DNA of 63,807 nt, filler included, from Octopus bimaculoides (taxonomy: Eukaryota), in the NCBI RefSeq assembly GCF_001194135.2. It is 5 parts of 5 records of this genome, joined end to end, with 100 filler letters (N's around TTAATTAATTAA, not from the genome) between each part and the next. Parts side by side here need not be neighbours in the genome. Positions count along the whole stretch, not along the records: positions 1 to 25,096 come from NC_068984.1; 4 more parts are not named here. One strand, 5' to 3'. Under the pieces are notes generated by a model. The model ran no database searches and had not been told where the DNA came from. It saw only the letters and a list, made by a program, of their open reading frames with translations. Positions 12,587 through 25,196 of the stretch are shown here, piece by piece. Positions within the stretch are counted from its first letter, which is position 1; each line of letters opens with the position of its first letter. The position numbers were made by a program, and so were the translations under genes.

Positions 12587-13278
12587 CTTTCTCACTTTCT
12601 GTCCTTCCCCTCTTTCTCTCTCACACACTTTCTATTTCATTTCTTCAGAGAGAATGTTGATGTGATAGGGTGTTGGGTGTTACTTAGGAAGACTGCGAAG
12701 ATAGTTCGTGATAAGAAGAGCTTATGTTACATACATAATCATACTTACTTCAATATGATATGGAAAAATATTAACATATTACACATGCACAAACACATAT
12801 ACACGCTCACACAGACACACACAGACACATACACACACACATAGATATACACATATACATACATACATACATACATACATACATACATACATACATACAT
12901 ACATACATACATACATTCTTATATACATATTTAATTTCATATTACCAGCAGCATTTCCTCTCAGATGTGTCAGACACACAAGCACGCATGTATTCGGCGG
13001 CATTTCCTTGCAGAAGACATACATGTGTGTATTCGTTCCTGAACACACATTATATAAGGTCACACACACATACACACACACACACATATTTATTATTTTT
13101 GCACGAAATTCTCTGGCATTTCTGTGACAAAATCCAGCAATTGTATTTTAGGGTCTACAAGAACGTGAGACACCATTATATCTCATAATATCATTTGTCG
13201 ATGATTTAAAGATCTATACTGGAAACATCTACTATACTGAGAAACAATTGTATTAGTGACAATATTTTCAAGCAATGA

Positions 13279-13495
13279 AAGCGGTGAGCTGGCAGAATCG
13301 TTTGCACGCCGGACAAAATGCTTTGCAGCATCCGTCTGTCGTTATGTTCTGTATTCAAATTCCGCGCAGGCCCACTTTGCCTTCCAACCTTTCGGGGTCG
13401 AGAAAATAAGTGTCAGTTGAATACTGGGGTCGATGTAATTGACTTAACCCTTCCCATGAAACCACTGGCCTTGTGCCAAATTTGAAACCAATATT
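13279..13495 (+). mobile_element. SINE S2
   Basis: GGTGAGCTGGCAGAATCGTT head and S2 body. Confidence 0.8.
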
Positions 13496-13632
13496 TTCAG
13501 CTAATATAAACCTGTTAATGATTTCTCTGTCTTCTCTGTTCCAAACAACGAGTGCTACAAATTTGCAGTAATAGTACAGGTACCTACATTTGAGATACTT
13601 GACTGAGTCTATAGAGAAAATTCGCTCCATAA

Positions 13633-14073
13633 ATATTGATTTCAAACTTTGACACATGGCCAGGAATTTCGGGGGAGGGTTTATTCGATTACATTGACCC
13701 CAGGGTTCAACTGATACTTATTTTATTGACCTCTCAAGAATGAAAGGCAAAATCGACCTCGGAAGAATTTAAACTCAAACTCAAACCGTAAAGGTAAATG
13801 AAATACCATTAAACATTTTGCCCAGCATGTTAACGATTCTCCCAGTCCGCCGCCTTAATTTTCTCCATAAACATTAGATTCAAATTTTGGTACAAAGCTA
13901 TAAGTTCCGGAGGAGTAAGTCGATTACATCAATTCCAGTGCACAATTGGTACTTATTTTATCAAACCCCGAAAGGATGAAAGGCAAAGTCGACTTCGGCG
14001 GAATTTGAACTCAGAACGTAAAGACGCTAAGCATTTTGCCAGGCGTACTAACGATTCTGCCAGCCTGCCTCCT
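13633..14073 (-). mobile_element. Two head-to-tail SINE S2 copies (13633-13856, 13870-14073)
   Basis: Reverse complement of the S2 consensus twice, separated by a repeated TCCATAAA(T/C)ATT flank. Confidence 0.8.
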
Positions 14074-14221
14074 TTAATTCGTTCCATAAATATTAAAACC
14101 CGTAAGATCCTGAAATAAACTAGAAGCTTCAGAAAAATAATGATAATACCAGGCCCATCTCGGAAGGAAAAACGAGTAAGAGGTTTAAGATCAATCTAGA
14201 CAGCCTTTGAATGTTGTATAA

Positions 14222-16125
14222 CCTTGGTTCCCAAAAAGGGGTCCGCGAAGGTGTCGCTAATTTTCAGATTTTTAATGTTCAAAGCCTAGGTTTTCCAGTT
14301 TTAGCTAAAACTGGAACCATTGAACATACGCACACTGCACAGAGCCCCTAATTTACGTTTTTAAAAAAACTTACAGAGAGAATGCTTTTGAGGCGACGCA
14401 TTGCGACGCGCGCAGGGTGTACACGCACGTACTTGAATGCGGGCATCTTTCTCTGGCTTTATTAATCTGTGCGGGGGTAAGGGTGCAGCAAGTCTACACA
14501 GGATTGAAAATTGTACATGTAAATTTCAATTTAAACATAGCAATTTAGAATTATCAAATACTTTAAAATGTATCAATATAAACCCAACATGAATAGCCAC
14601 ATTTGTGCGAGTCTAGGCTATGACTCATAGTACAGGAGCGTTGCGCAGCACGCGCGAGTCGTGAATTTTTTTTCCAATCTACCTATACGTTGGGTTTATA
14701 TTGATACATTGAATATTTGCATTTGATAATTCTAAATTACTATGTTTAAATCGAAATTTACATGTAACTTTTAATTCTTCATCGATTGACATCAAATTTT
14801 ATATATGTTCTGAGGCAACTTTTATAAGTAAGGTACATTTGTGTTATTTGTCCGCAAGCATGGGGTATAGTCTGGGTAGGGATGTATTCTGGGCTGGCTG
14901 TCTGGAGGAGGTATAGATTGCCGCTCTGGCTTTCAGACAATGGCGAAAGAGAAGTCTCCTAACGCAATCGATATGCATTGTACACGTCATCGATGGTTAA
15001 AACAATGCCCGATCATTTGAAGAATGTTTTGAATGATGTGGTCAAAGCAGTAAATTTTATTAAAGCCATTTCTCTAAACTCGTGTCTTTTTGCTGACTTG
15101 TGCAAGGACAATGGCTCCGATTTTGAAACGTTTTTACTGTACTCGCATGTGAGGTAGTTATTCAAGGGGAGAGTACTGAAAAGAGCCTTCGTTCTACGAA
15201 AAGAGAATCACGAATTTTTTCGAGGTGCTAAAAAAGAACTGCACAGACAATTCTCCAATATTCGGTTCCTTATATGTCTCTCCTTTTGGTCGTCATTTTT
15301 TAATCAGTTAATTTTATTGACTTAGCACTACAAGGAAAGGACATCACCGTTGTCCAGTCATGAAAAAATGACTGCATTTAAAATGAAGCTCCATTTGTGG
15401 CATTCTAAATTGGAATGTGAGTATTTTGCATCATTTCCGAACCTCAATACTTTCCTTGATGAAGATGGCCTTCGAGTTGATGCTGATATCCTCGACATAA
15501 TAAAACAGCATGTCTTAGTTCTTCACGCTGAAATTCAAAGATACTTTCCCGACCTACAAAACTTGGAAAAAGTTCATTATTTTATCACCAATCCCTTTGC
15601 AATCTCTGTTGTGGACGTTCCGTTAGAAGATTACGTCATTCAAGAACAGTTCATCGATTTGCTGATTGACAGAGGTGCAAAAAACGCCTTCCGTAACATG
15701 TGTTGCAGTGAATTCTGGATTGAAATGACGCTATCCTATCCAGATGTTGCCAAATTGGCCCTCAAATTCATCGTTCCATTCGCAACAACGTACGAATGTG
15801 AGACGGCTTTTGCAACTTTACTCGCAATTGAAACAAAGGTTCGCAATAAACTGAACGTTGCGCATGACATGAGGGTCGCATTATCAAAAACGCAGCCTAA
15901 TATTGAAGACATATTATAGACAAAACAAGTTCACCCTTCTCATTGAATTTTTTTATTATATCAGTAAAATTTTATCTCATGAAAAATTATTTTATACAAG
16001 GTCATTTTACTTCGTTCGTCTCTGGTTTTTTTCAATTTGGGGGCGGGGGTAGAGGATCGTGAAGCCTCGAAAATTTGGGAGGGGGTCCGTAGGATGAAAA
16101 TTTTGAAGAAGTTTGGGAACCAAGG
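14222..16125 (+). mobile_element. Internally deleted hAT (Buster/Charlie-type) DNA transposon
   Basis: Perfect 14-bp TIR CCTTGGTTCCCAAA. 8-bp TSD TTGTATAA at 14214-14221 and 16126-16133. Transposase remnants MPDHLKNVLNDVVKAVNFIK and hAT dimerisation domain FWIEM...PFATTYECETAF (ORF 15350-15919). Confidence 0.92.
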
Positions 16126-16356
16126 TTGTATAATGTCAGATAGCATCTGCTAAACAGCAGTAACGAATAATATGTATTTAACCATTTACACATCTGGAGT
16201 GAACTCAAGAAGTATTCACTTCTCGGTAACGTTCCGAGCAACCTTCTTTAATGTTGGATTTGTCTACCTCAACAAATACTTGGAGGAGAAGCATCCTACA
16301 CATCAAGAAAGTGGTATGTGTGTACTTTCTCGTAAACTTGAAAATGGTACTAGTAT

Positions 16357-17031
16357 TTTTTCCTACTATAGGCGCAAGGCCTGAAATTTTGGCAGAGGAA
16401 GCTAGTGCATTACATCGACCCCAGTGTTCAACTGGTACTATTTTATCAACTCCGAAAGGAAGAAAGGCAAAGTCGACCTCGGTGCAATTTAAACTCAGAA
16501 CATAATAAGTCGGAAGAAATACGGCAAAGCATTTTTTCTCATCCGCTTGCGATACTGTCATCTCGCTGCCTTAATGGTGCTAATAATGGTTTCAAATTTT
16601 TGCACAAGGCCAGTACTTTTTTAGAGGAGGGGAAGTCGATAATATCGATTCCACTAGCACTTATTTTATCGACTTCGAAAAGATGAAAAAATGAAAGGCA
16701 AAGTCGACCTCAGCGGAATTTGAGCTTAAAACGTAAAGACGGACAAAATACCACCATACATGTTGTCCGGCGTGCTAATGGTTTTGCCTGCCCTCCGCCT
16801 TAAATGATACTAATAGTGGTTTCAAATTTACTACAATACCAGCAATTTCAGGGGAAGAGTAAGTCGATTACATCGACTCCAGTGCTCAACTGGTACTTAT
16901 TTGATCGACTCAAAAAAGAATGAAAGATAAAGTCGACCACAGCGGAATTTGAACTCAGAACGTAAAGACGGACAAAATGCCGCTAAGCATTTTGCCCTCC
17001 GTGCTAACGATTCTGCCAGCTCGCCGCCTTA
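16357..17031 (-). mobile_element. Three head-to-tail SINE S2 copies (16357-16572, 16586-16802, 16816-17031)
   Basis: Three reverse-complement S2 units, each bounded by an AATGRTRYTA(A/G)TA flank. Confidence 0.8.
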
Positions 17032-17346
17032 AATGATATTAATAATGACAAGAAGTGTAGCTTTTCCTGCACTCATGTCCGTTACTTCGTGTCACATTTT
17101 GAAGGTTATGATTTTACTGTCCAAGAAATGGAGATAGTTACAGAATGCAAGAAGAAAACAAATTTATATCACTAACGAGTTTACAATTCCAGTATCCCAG
17201 ATAGAGGGACCATGTAAAAACCTTCTTTTTGTTAAACCAAAATCAAGAATTTATGCTGTATGTTATTTGACATACCTGTATTTGTCTATGTTATTCCAAT
17301 ATAGATACCACAGGCCACTTCGAGTTATGTCTTTTAGCTCGAGACG

Positions 17347-17968
17347 AGGCGTGGCTGTGTTGCAAGAAGCTTGCTTCCCAACCACATGGTTCGGGGTTCA
17401 GTCCGGCACTTTGGGCAAGTGATTTCTACTATAGCCTCGGACCGACCAAAGCCTTGTGAGTGGAACTAGTAGACGGAAACTGAAAGAAGCCCCATCGTAT
17501 ATATGCATATGTATATATATATATGTCTATGTGTTTGTGTCTTTGCGTCTGTGTCTGTCCCCCATCACCACCGCTACCATTGTTTGACAACTAGTGTTGG
17601 TGTGTTGACGTCCTTATAACTTAGTGGTTCGGCAAAAAAGGACCGATAGAATAAATAACAGGATTTTTAAAAATAAGTACTGGGTTCGATACATTCGACT
17701 AACAATTTTTAAGGCGATGCCCCAGCATGGCCGCAGTTTGATGACTGAAACAATACAAACAAATACTTGCTTACCAACCACATGGTTCCGGGTTCAGTCC
17801 CACTGCGTGGCACCTTGGGCAAGTGTCTTCTACTATAGCCTCGGGCCGACCAAAGCCTTGTGAATGGATTTGGTAGGCGGAAACTGAAAGAAGCCCGTCG
17901 TATATATANNNNNNNNNNNNNNNNNNNNNNNNNNNNNNNNNNNNNNNNNNNNNNNNNNNNNNNNNNNN

Positions 17969-18003
<35 letters not shown>

Positions 18004-18205
18004 ATGTATCTGTGTTTGTCCCCACCCACCATCGCTTGACAACCGATGCTGGTGTGTTTACGTCCCCGTAACTTAGCGGTTCAGCAAAAGTGACCCATAG
18101 AATAAGTACTAGGCCTACAAAAAATAATTCTTGGGGTTGATTTGTTCGACTAAAGGCGGTGCTCCAGCATGGCCACAGTCAAATGACTGAAACAAATAAA
18201 AGAGT
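17347..18205 (+). mobile_element. Two tandem copies of CORE-like tRNA SINE S3 (local label) with internal (TA)/(TG)n
   Basis: CCCAACCACATGGTTCCGGGTTCAGTCC head, CCTTGGGCAAGT core-like motif, a microsatellite and a shared tail. Confidence 0.8.
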
Positions 18206-20174
18206 AAGTGAGTAAAAGAGGCCATAAATGTTTTTTGTTCTTTTTGGTATAAATCTAAGTCCTTTGGCTACTGGAGAGAAGGTCAGGTTGTTGTCGTGCT
18301 GATGACACTTGTTGAGCTCGGAACACGTGTAAATGACTGTCCTCTTATTTCCTGACAATACATCTGCCTTTTTTTCCTTTATGATATATTAATTTGGGGA
18401 AATTCTTGATTCTTGAGATTATCTCCCCTCCTTAAGTACAGCTTCTCTTAATTGCTAGTTGGTAATTATGACATATCTTCAAAAAGCGGGGATGAATTTA
18501 GTAAATCAGGAATCTATGTTATATGGCATTTGACATACCTGTATTTGTTTCTTATACATTAATGTCATCCTACTTGTCATGTAGTGATACAGTAAAAAAA
18601 AACCCAGCTCTCTGATGATAAATTCAATGCGCGTTTAGCTATCAAGTGGGTAGATGACTTTCCTAACAGAACATGCATTTTAATGCTAATCAAAGGACAA
18701 TCTCAGATAAGCTACATTTTTGATTCAGCCTCTGCTTTCTTTCTTTTTTTTTTCTGCATTTAGAGTTCATAAGAAGCATTTCCATCCTTCGTTCTCAACA
18801 CGTTCATTTTTAATTGATGTCCTTACCTTTCTATTACTCGTTTTATTCTACATCGTTCTGGCTATCACATCATGTCTCATGTGGAGATAATAGCTTCCGG
18901 TCGTTCTTTTTCTAGTTAGCAATGAGGTAACTGATATTTTCTGTTGAGGATGCTGCCGATTTTTCTTTTCCTTTTTTTCTTTTTTTTTTTTTTGGATTTT
19001 TGAGGCAGTAGAGGAGTTATTTGTTGAGACATTCTTTCTCTTGAATTGAAAAGAGGTTGTTGTTGTTGTTGTTGTTGTAGCCTTAAGTAAGCCCTGTTCA
19101 ACCAAATATCTATGGTTCATAAGCTGTTGGAGAAATTACTTTATGCGATCCACAGATTCCGATGTAACATCTCCCTCCGTCTAACTGAAGATCATCCTGT
19201 CCATTCAGTGTATGCAGTGGTTAATTGTATCTGGTGTTCGTTTGTTGTAGGACATTTCACATTTTTACCATGCATTATATTTATCCGTAGTTCACTAACA
19301 ATAGTTTTCTTTGAAATTTTATTGTCTAGTTGATGTTCTAATCGTGACCATCTCGCCTCATTTTCAGCCCTATTATTTCCAATAGCAGGCAGTAGCCAGA
19401 AAGTTCAAAAGGCCCAAAACTAGGTACTACAATGTTGTGAGTTATATGCTCGTTATAACTCATTTGAGATGTTTATTTCTTGCTGTCTCGTTGACTTATC
19501 TAGCATTCTCTTCTGGCTCAATTCGTTTGTAGTACCTGCTATATTGTCAGGCCGTTCATTTTCGGGAATACGTAATTTAGTGAAACAATCTACGTGAAAA
19601 CAATATGCATCATGTAAATATACATGCAGACAAATGCCTATCTTAGCAGATACATACTTATATGCAGAGTGATGCGCTAAATGTTGAATACAAAAATTTC
19701 TTAATTAAAATTGCCCTTTTCAAGAAAAAAAATCAAATCCTGTCAGCATTTGTTAGTGACTGGCGAAGACGCGGGGGCATAATTTCAAGACATCAAGAAT
19801 TATTTGTTCAAAGTAAATTTACATGCTTAAGTAAATTTATATGCTTAGGTAAAAGAGGTAAAATCTGACCTTTATTTGCTGGCAAGGGACAACTATGGAC
19901 ATGTTTCACTCTACTAGACCACATCAGTTTTGTAGAATCTGCCGAAGCCTACCGAACAGTTGACATAAGGGAAAAGAGTTATGGGTAATTTATGGCCAGA
20001 ATAATTTGCATATTTAAAAAATAAATTGAGTTAAGACAAATAACTGAAATTGGCCAATAGGTTTATTTTTAACTATGTACATGATCACCTAGATGATGTC
20101 CCATTTCAAAAAAACCGGCTCTTTCTATATTGGAGAAAAATGTGAGAAATTAAACCAGGAGAACATGTATAGAG

Positions 20175-20520
20175 GTGCATGTGTGTGGCCCTGTGGCTAA
20201 GAAACTTGTTTCCCATCCATGTGGTCTTGTGTGCTGTCCTACTGTGCGACATATTGAGTGTTTTCTACTATAGACCCGGATCGATCAAAAACCTTGTGAG
20301 TGGATTTAGTTGATTAAAACTGAAAGAAATCCGTTGTACACATATATGTGTTTGTGCGTGCTTGTCCTCCCACCACCACTTTATAACCGGTGTCGGTTTG
20401 TTTACATTCACGTAACCTGGCGGTTTGATGAAAGAAATACTGGGTTCGATTTGTTCGACTAAACCCTTCAGATCGGTGCCCCAGCGTGACTGCAGTCCAA
20501 TGACTAGAACAAGTAAAAAA
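20175..20520 (+). mobile_element. SINE S3, diverged
   Basis: Same head, body and tail order as 17347-17760. Confidence 0.7.
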
Positions 20521-21118
20521 AAGAAGATAGTGACGGTCAAACATTCATGCTAGAAATGTGACAATTGAGTTGAATGGTGTTATATTAACATGTTGAATTA
20601 TAAGCAAATAAAGGAAATTATCTTCAATCGTGTTTTATTGATAACATTTAACATTTTGCTTTGCAATACTCAAGTTGTAATTATCAGAGAAAGGGGAACA
20701 TAACAGTCAGTGGTAACAGCAATAAACTGTCAGTGAAGAAATCGAGCGATGAAAATTCTTATCAAAAGTGAAACTGAAGACAGGGCAGAGCTTCCAGCTG
20801 CAGTAAGCCAAATGTCCCCAAAGAGTTGAATCTTATGCTCATTTTACATGCTTTCCGCAGAAACTTCTCCAATGTTCTGGTAGCAATTTTAAATGCAAAA
20901 ATTAAACTTTTCATTTTAGCTAACACGCCGACCACAAGCTGACGTCAGTGACACTTGGCTAGATTTGTCAAATATAGTATTGTATTGCTGTTTACCAACA
21001 GCAACCACCTTCGGTCTAAATTTCTAAATATAGAAAACTGAATTTCAAGGAAATCTAACCGCAGCAATTGTAACAAATAGAACCTAAACTGAGAAATTTA
21101 CAACAATACGAAGGAAAT

Positions 21119-21154
21119 ATGGCAATAGAGGTCCCCGAGTACAACAAACAATTG
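21119..21154 (+). CDS. Candidate first coding exon of an unidentified host gene (MAIEVPEYNKQL)
   Basis: AAATATGG start context, an upstream in-frame TAA and a strong donor TTG|GTGAGT at 21155. No homology recognised. Confidence 0.45.
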
Positions 21155-22277
21155 GTGAGTTGGTTAAATTTTATTTCAGAAGGCAAAAAAAAAAAAGAGT
21201 AAAATACGAAAGAAATAAAACCAAAATAATCGGCAGTATCGACACTAAACTAAGAAATAAATGAAAATAATGGAAAGTAAAACGAAAATCAGAAAGTTAT
21301 TTAATATCTTTATGTAATATGAAAAATACATATACAGAGTATTTAAATTGAAATGTAATTTTCATTTATGGAAGGAATTAGCTTTATGTATGTGTTCACG
21401 ATTGCTGAGCTAGCATGTCTTGAGCGGTAGGCCACATAACATATATTTATTGCATCATTTGTTGGAAATACAATTATGAAACAGTGCACTTCAGCTACTT
21501 TCTAAATTTGTAACACTTAATACATCATTTGCAGGCGCAATAACCACCAGCACTTATGGATGTAGCATTACGCTGTACATTTACGAAATCATGTGGTTTA
21601 GCTCTTTTACTTTTAAAATAAAATGTGAGAACAAAAATCCCCTCTCTTTTCGATTTACTATCATCACTCTGAATTTTTAGTTTCATTTCTTTTGCATTTT
21701 ACTTCTTTTTACATCATAAAATAACATTTAATCGATGAGTTTATGGCAATATTTTTTTCTTAATATCACTTTAAGGAGATGATAGAAAATACAAATCAGA
21801 ATTTACTGTGAATAATGCATCCAAGATTAGGAAATAACCACCCATTCACCCACCCCAAAAATAGAAACCATAGCAATAAAATCTGATGCATTTGTAACAT
21901 CAGTTTTGAAATAAGCGTTTGCACTGATTACTCGAAGACATCCGAGAGACTGACAATAAAACATAATAAACCTCTTAACTACTATAAATGACATTGACCA
22001 GCGACTTTGCAGTTAAATTCTTGCATTGTATCAACACTTTCTGAACATCAGACACTAACATGATAGACTCGTAGATTAGGTGTTCGTACACAAACACATT
22101 ATCTTGGGAGCAGATCCGTCTTAACAGCATTGTACGCGCCGGACTAAGCAATGTATTGGGAACTACCGGGTTGTCAGATAAATTATGTTTTTTTTTGTTT
22201 TTGTTTTTTGCCGTTCATTATATTTCATTTCAATGTAATGTTTTATGGGTTTCCGTATCTCTATTCTTCCTCTACCA

Positions 22278-22625
22278 TAGGGGTTCACAATCTTTTTTTT
22301 TTTTTATCTATAGACCCCTTTGATTACTATTCTATTCTGGTGGTCCCCTATAGCTATACGATACTTAAAAACTAGTTTTATAGAAACTTCTTTCAAAATT
22401 CCTATTTTGTTACTCACACATTAACTTGTATTTGTTGAACCAAGAAAAATGTAAGAGAAAGCAACTTAGCTATGGCTTGCAATCTACAGCAAAACTTTTT
22501 CATGGACTCTTAATATACTATTGTAGATCCCTAATTTACTGTTTTGCTTGCATGGACCCCCCCCCCAAAAAAAAACTCTTTTATGGACCCCCTGAGGTCA
22601 TATGGACCACGGTTGAGAACCACTG
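22278..22625. mobile_element. Non-autonomous hAT (Charlie-like) MITE
   Basis: Imperfect TIRs TAGGGGTTCACAA / TTGAGAACCACTG and a near-perfect 8-bp TSD CTCTACCA / CTCTACAA. Confidence 0.7.
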
Positions 22626-22644
22626 CTCTACAACATTTGTTTAT

Positions 22645-22876
22645 AGTGGAGGCACGTGGTTTAGTGATTAGGATATTGGACTCATGATCGTAAGATGGTT
22701 TCGATTCCTGGACGCGTTGTGTTCTTGAGCAGAGCACTTCACGGTGCTCCAGTCCACTCAGCTGGTAAAAATGAGTAATCCTGCGATGGGCTGGCGTCCC
22801 GTCCAGGTGCGGATCTATACGCTATGAAAACCGGGAAACCGGCCCTTATGAGTCAGTATGACTCAAGAAGGTAACT
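22645..22876 (+). mobile_element. tRNA-derived SINE, CORE-like body
   Basis: TGGTTTAGTG A box, GTTTCGATTCC B box, GCTCCAGTCCACTCAGCTGG body shared with 26340-26610, and an approximate TSD AACATTTGT(T/G)TA. Confidence 0.75.
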
Positions 22877-22906
22877 AACATTTGTGTACCTTTTACCTCT
22901 TTTCAG

Positions 22907-22932
22907 ATGAATGACGGTGGAGTGCCAAGGAG
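22907..22932 (+). CDS. Candidate 26-nt exon (MNDGGVPR, phase 0 to 2)
   Basis: CTAAC branch-like site, CCTTTTACCTCTTTTCAG acceptor and GAG|GTAAAA donor. Only one frame is open. Confidence 0.4.
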
Positions 22933-24076
22933 GTAAAACAAATGAGTTTACATGTCCGTCTCTGAGGTGGTGAGAGCACTGAACGGCACTGGATTCTTAC
23001 TATTCAATGGTGCACCCTCAGACTTGGAAAATATAGTTTACAAAAATCTTTCCGCAATACATTTCTTGAATTTGACTAACATGCCCATCGATAAGAGAGT
23101 ACATTGGACGACACTGCCTCCTCATAATTCAATGATGCACCCTCAGATTTACAGTGATTCACTTATTTTTCGAAACTCTAATTTAGCATTATTACAAATT
23201 AGTGCCCACCCAGAATATTCTGAAGCACCCTCTCGCACCAAAGTCTGGTGACGGGCTTATGAGTTTATCTGACAACCTAATGCATACAGTAGGACAGCAT
23301 ACATAGGTTAGCATTGGGTCTCTGGACTCGTTAGACCCCGAGGCAAATACCCTAAAACTACACTTCTAGGCAGTTACTATGGAATTCTTCGAGAAATACC
23401 AAAATTCGTATTCATCGAAAAATCAACTACAAATGTAAGCCTGGACAATTTTACCACAACAAAAATCTACTGGAAAATATCTCTTCATATCATTATATAA
23501 CTATGAGTAGTTAAGACAGTGTTAACATATTTAATGTAGTAGGCATCAAAAATCTAATTAGAAATAATTGTGTGATGACAAAATATAAATACAACGTTAG
23601 CTGAATGAATGATTATATAGCTTTTAAATTATAAATTGGTTGTAAGATAGAACAGCAGACCTGATAATCTTCGGCTACTATAACTACTGTATCATTATTC
23701 GTTTTGAACAAACTGCGCGTTTGTAATCGAAGAGCGAGGGTTATTGATCGAAAATCTCAAGAGACACAGTTGCAGGCACAGTGTCTAGGTGTGACAACAA
23801 TCGTTAGTTTTGTGATGTTAATGTAAAAGATATGACACATAATGTGAGCAACCAAAAGAAAAAAAATTAAGATTTACGAATCAGAGCTTCTAACAGCCCC
23901 AGACATTATATTATGTAATTCTTCATCGTTGTTGTTATCTACATTCAGACATAACACAGCAATATGCAGCAAACACCAGTAATCAACCAATTTGAATATA
24001 AGGAGACTTATACACGCACATACATATACACACGCATATATATATAAGTTAGATGGAACCATATCAAACTGGTTTA

Positions 24077-24078
24077 AA

Positions 24079-24166
<88 letters not shown>
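24077..24166. repeat. (AAT)n microsatellite
   Basis: Direct reading. Confidence 0.95.
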
Positions 24167-24167
<1 letters not shown>

Positions 24168-24489
24168 CCCAGATGTAGTACCAGGCAGTGGTTCTCATAG
24201 CTTCTGATCTTAACTGATTCGAAGTGTTATTGTGTACATTGTTTTGTCTTAGTATAAAAGATGGGTGACAGTAAATATTCTGCTCAATACCACAGATTTT
24301 CTTGTCAGTTGTTTGACCATAACCAGTTAAGCATGTCCCTTAGTGGTTGACGATATGTGCATCTCTGATCACAAGCAGAAGTAGTGGGGGAGCATCATAG
24401 CCATGTGTTGAGAGGAATGTTTGGGGTTTGAATAATTCACCTTTGGAAATATGGGTGTTTTGTTCATCATCCTTAAAACAAACCTTATT
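24167..24489 (+). mobile_element. Non-coding element X (local label), 5' half, starting directly after (AAT)n
   Basis: 24420-24489 matches the reverse complement of 60540-60610. Confidence 0.6.
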
Positions 24490-25096
24490 TTGTTTTGGAT
24501 GCTAAAACTTGTCTCAAAACATGAAAGCAAGAAAGCATCTTACTCAGTAACAAAACAGGCAAAGGAATATCTAAGTGAATTCCAATTACAACAAATTCAA
24601 GAATTAGACGAACTAGAAACACCCGCAGAAAAAGCTAAGCGCTTGAAAACCCGTGCTAAAATTGCTGCCTTAGATATTATTACTGATAAATGACATGGAA
24701 AACCTCTCAATGGCAAATACCCAAAGAGAGCGAATAATGCAGATGTTGACAAAGCCCTTATTCATCAATGGCTAATGGCCTCTGGCTTGAAATCAGAAAC
24801 ATAGGGGTTTATCATAGCAGCCCAACATCAATGCCTACCTACAAAGAACTACCAGGCCAACATATTAAAGAACGGCAGCTCCCCATTATGTCGTATATGC
24901 CAACAACAAAATGAGACCATCGATCATGTTGTCTCCATGTGCAGTCTGCTTGCGCCTACAGAGTATCTCAACAGGCATGATAGAGCTGCACAATATATTC
25001 ACTGGGTAATATGCAAAAACCTGGACTTGCCCCATGATAAAAACTGGTGGGAACACAAACCACCCCCAGTACTTGAAAATGATCACATCGCACTCC
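24490..25096 (+). mobile_element. R4/Dong-like ORF fragment (post-RT region and CCHC knuckle), cut by a gap
   Basis: HGKPLNGKYP...GLKSETIGFIIAAQ...CRICQQQNETIDHVVSMC...RHD...WWEHKP. Confidence 0.85.
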
Positions 25097-25196
25097 NNNN
25101 NNNNNNNNNNNNNNNNNNNNNNNNNNNNNNNNNNNNNNNNTTAATTAATTAANNNNNNNNNNNNNNNNNNNNNNNNNNNNNNNNNNNNNNNNNNNN

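Noticed and set aside
22952-23251. 99-aa ORF directly after the 26-nt exon candidate
   Set aside because: No recognisable domain or splice support. It may be decayed transposon sequence.
25097-25196. Isolated TTAATTAATTAA islands inside N runs (also 41499-41598, 60614-60713, 62635-62734)
   Set aside because: Each is exactly N44-TTAATTAATTAA-N44, 100 bp in total, with stops in all six frames. This is a synthetic scaffold-join marker, not biology.
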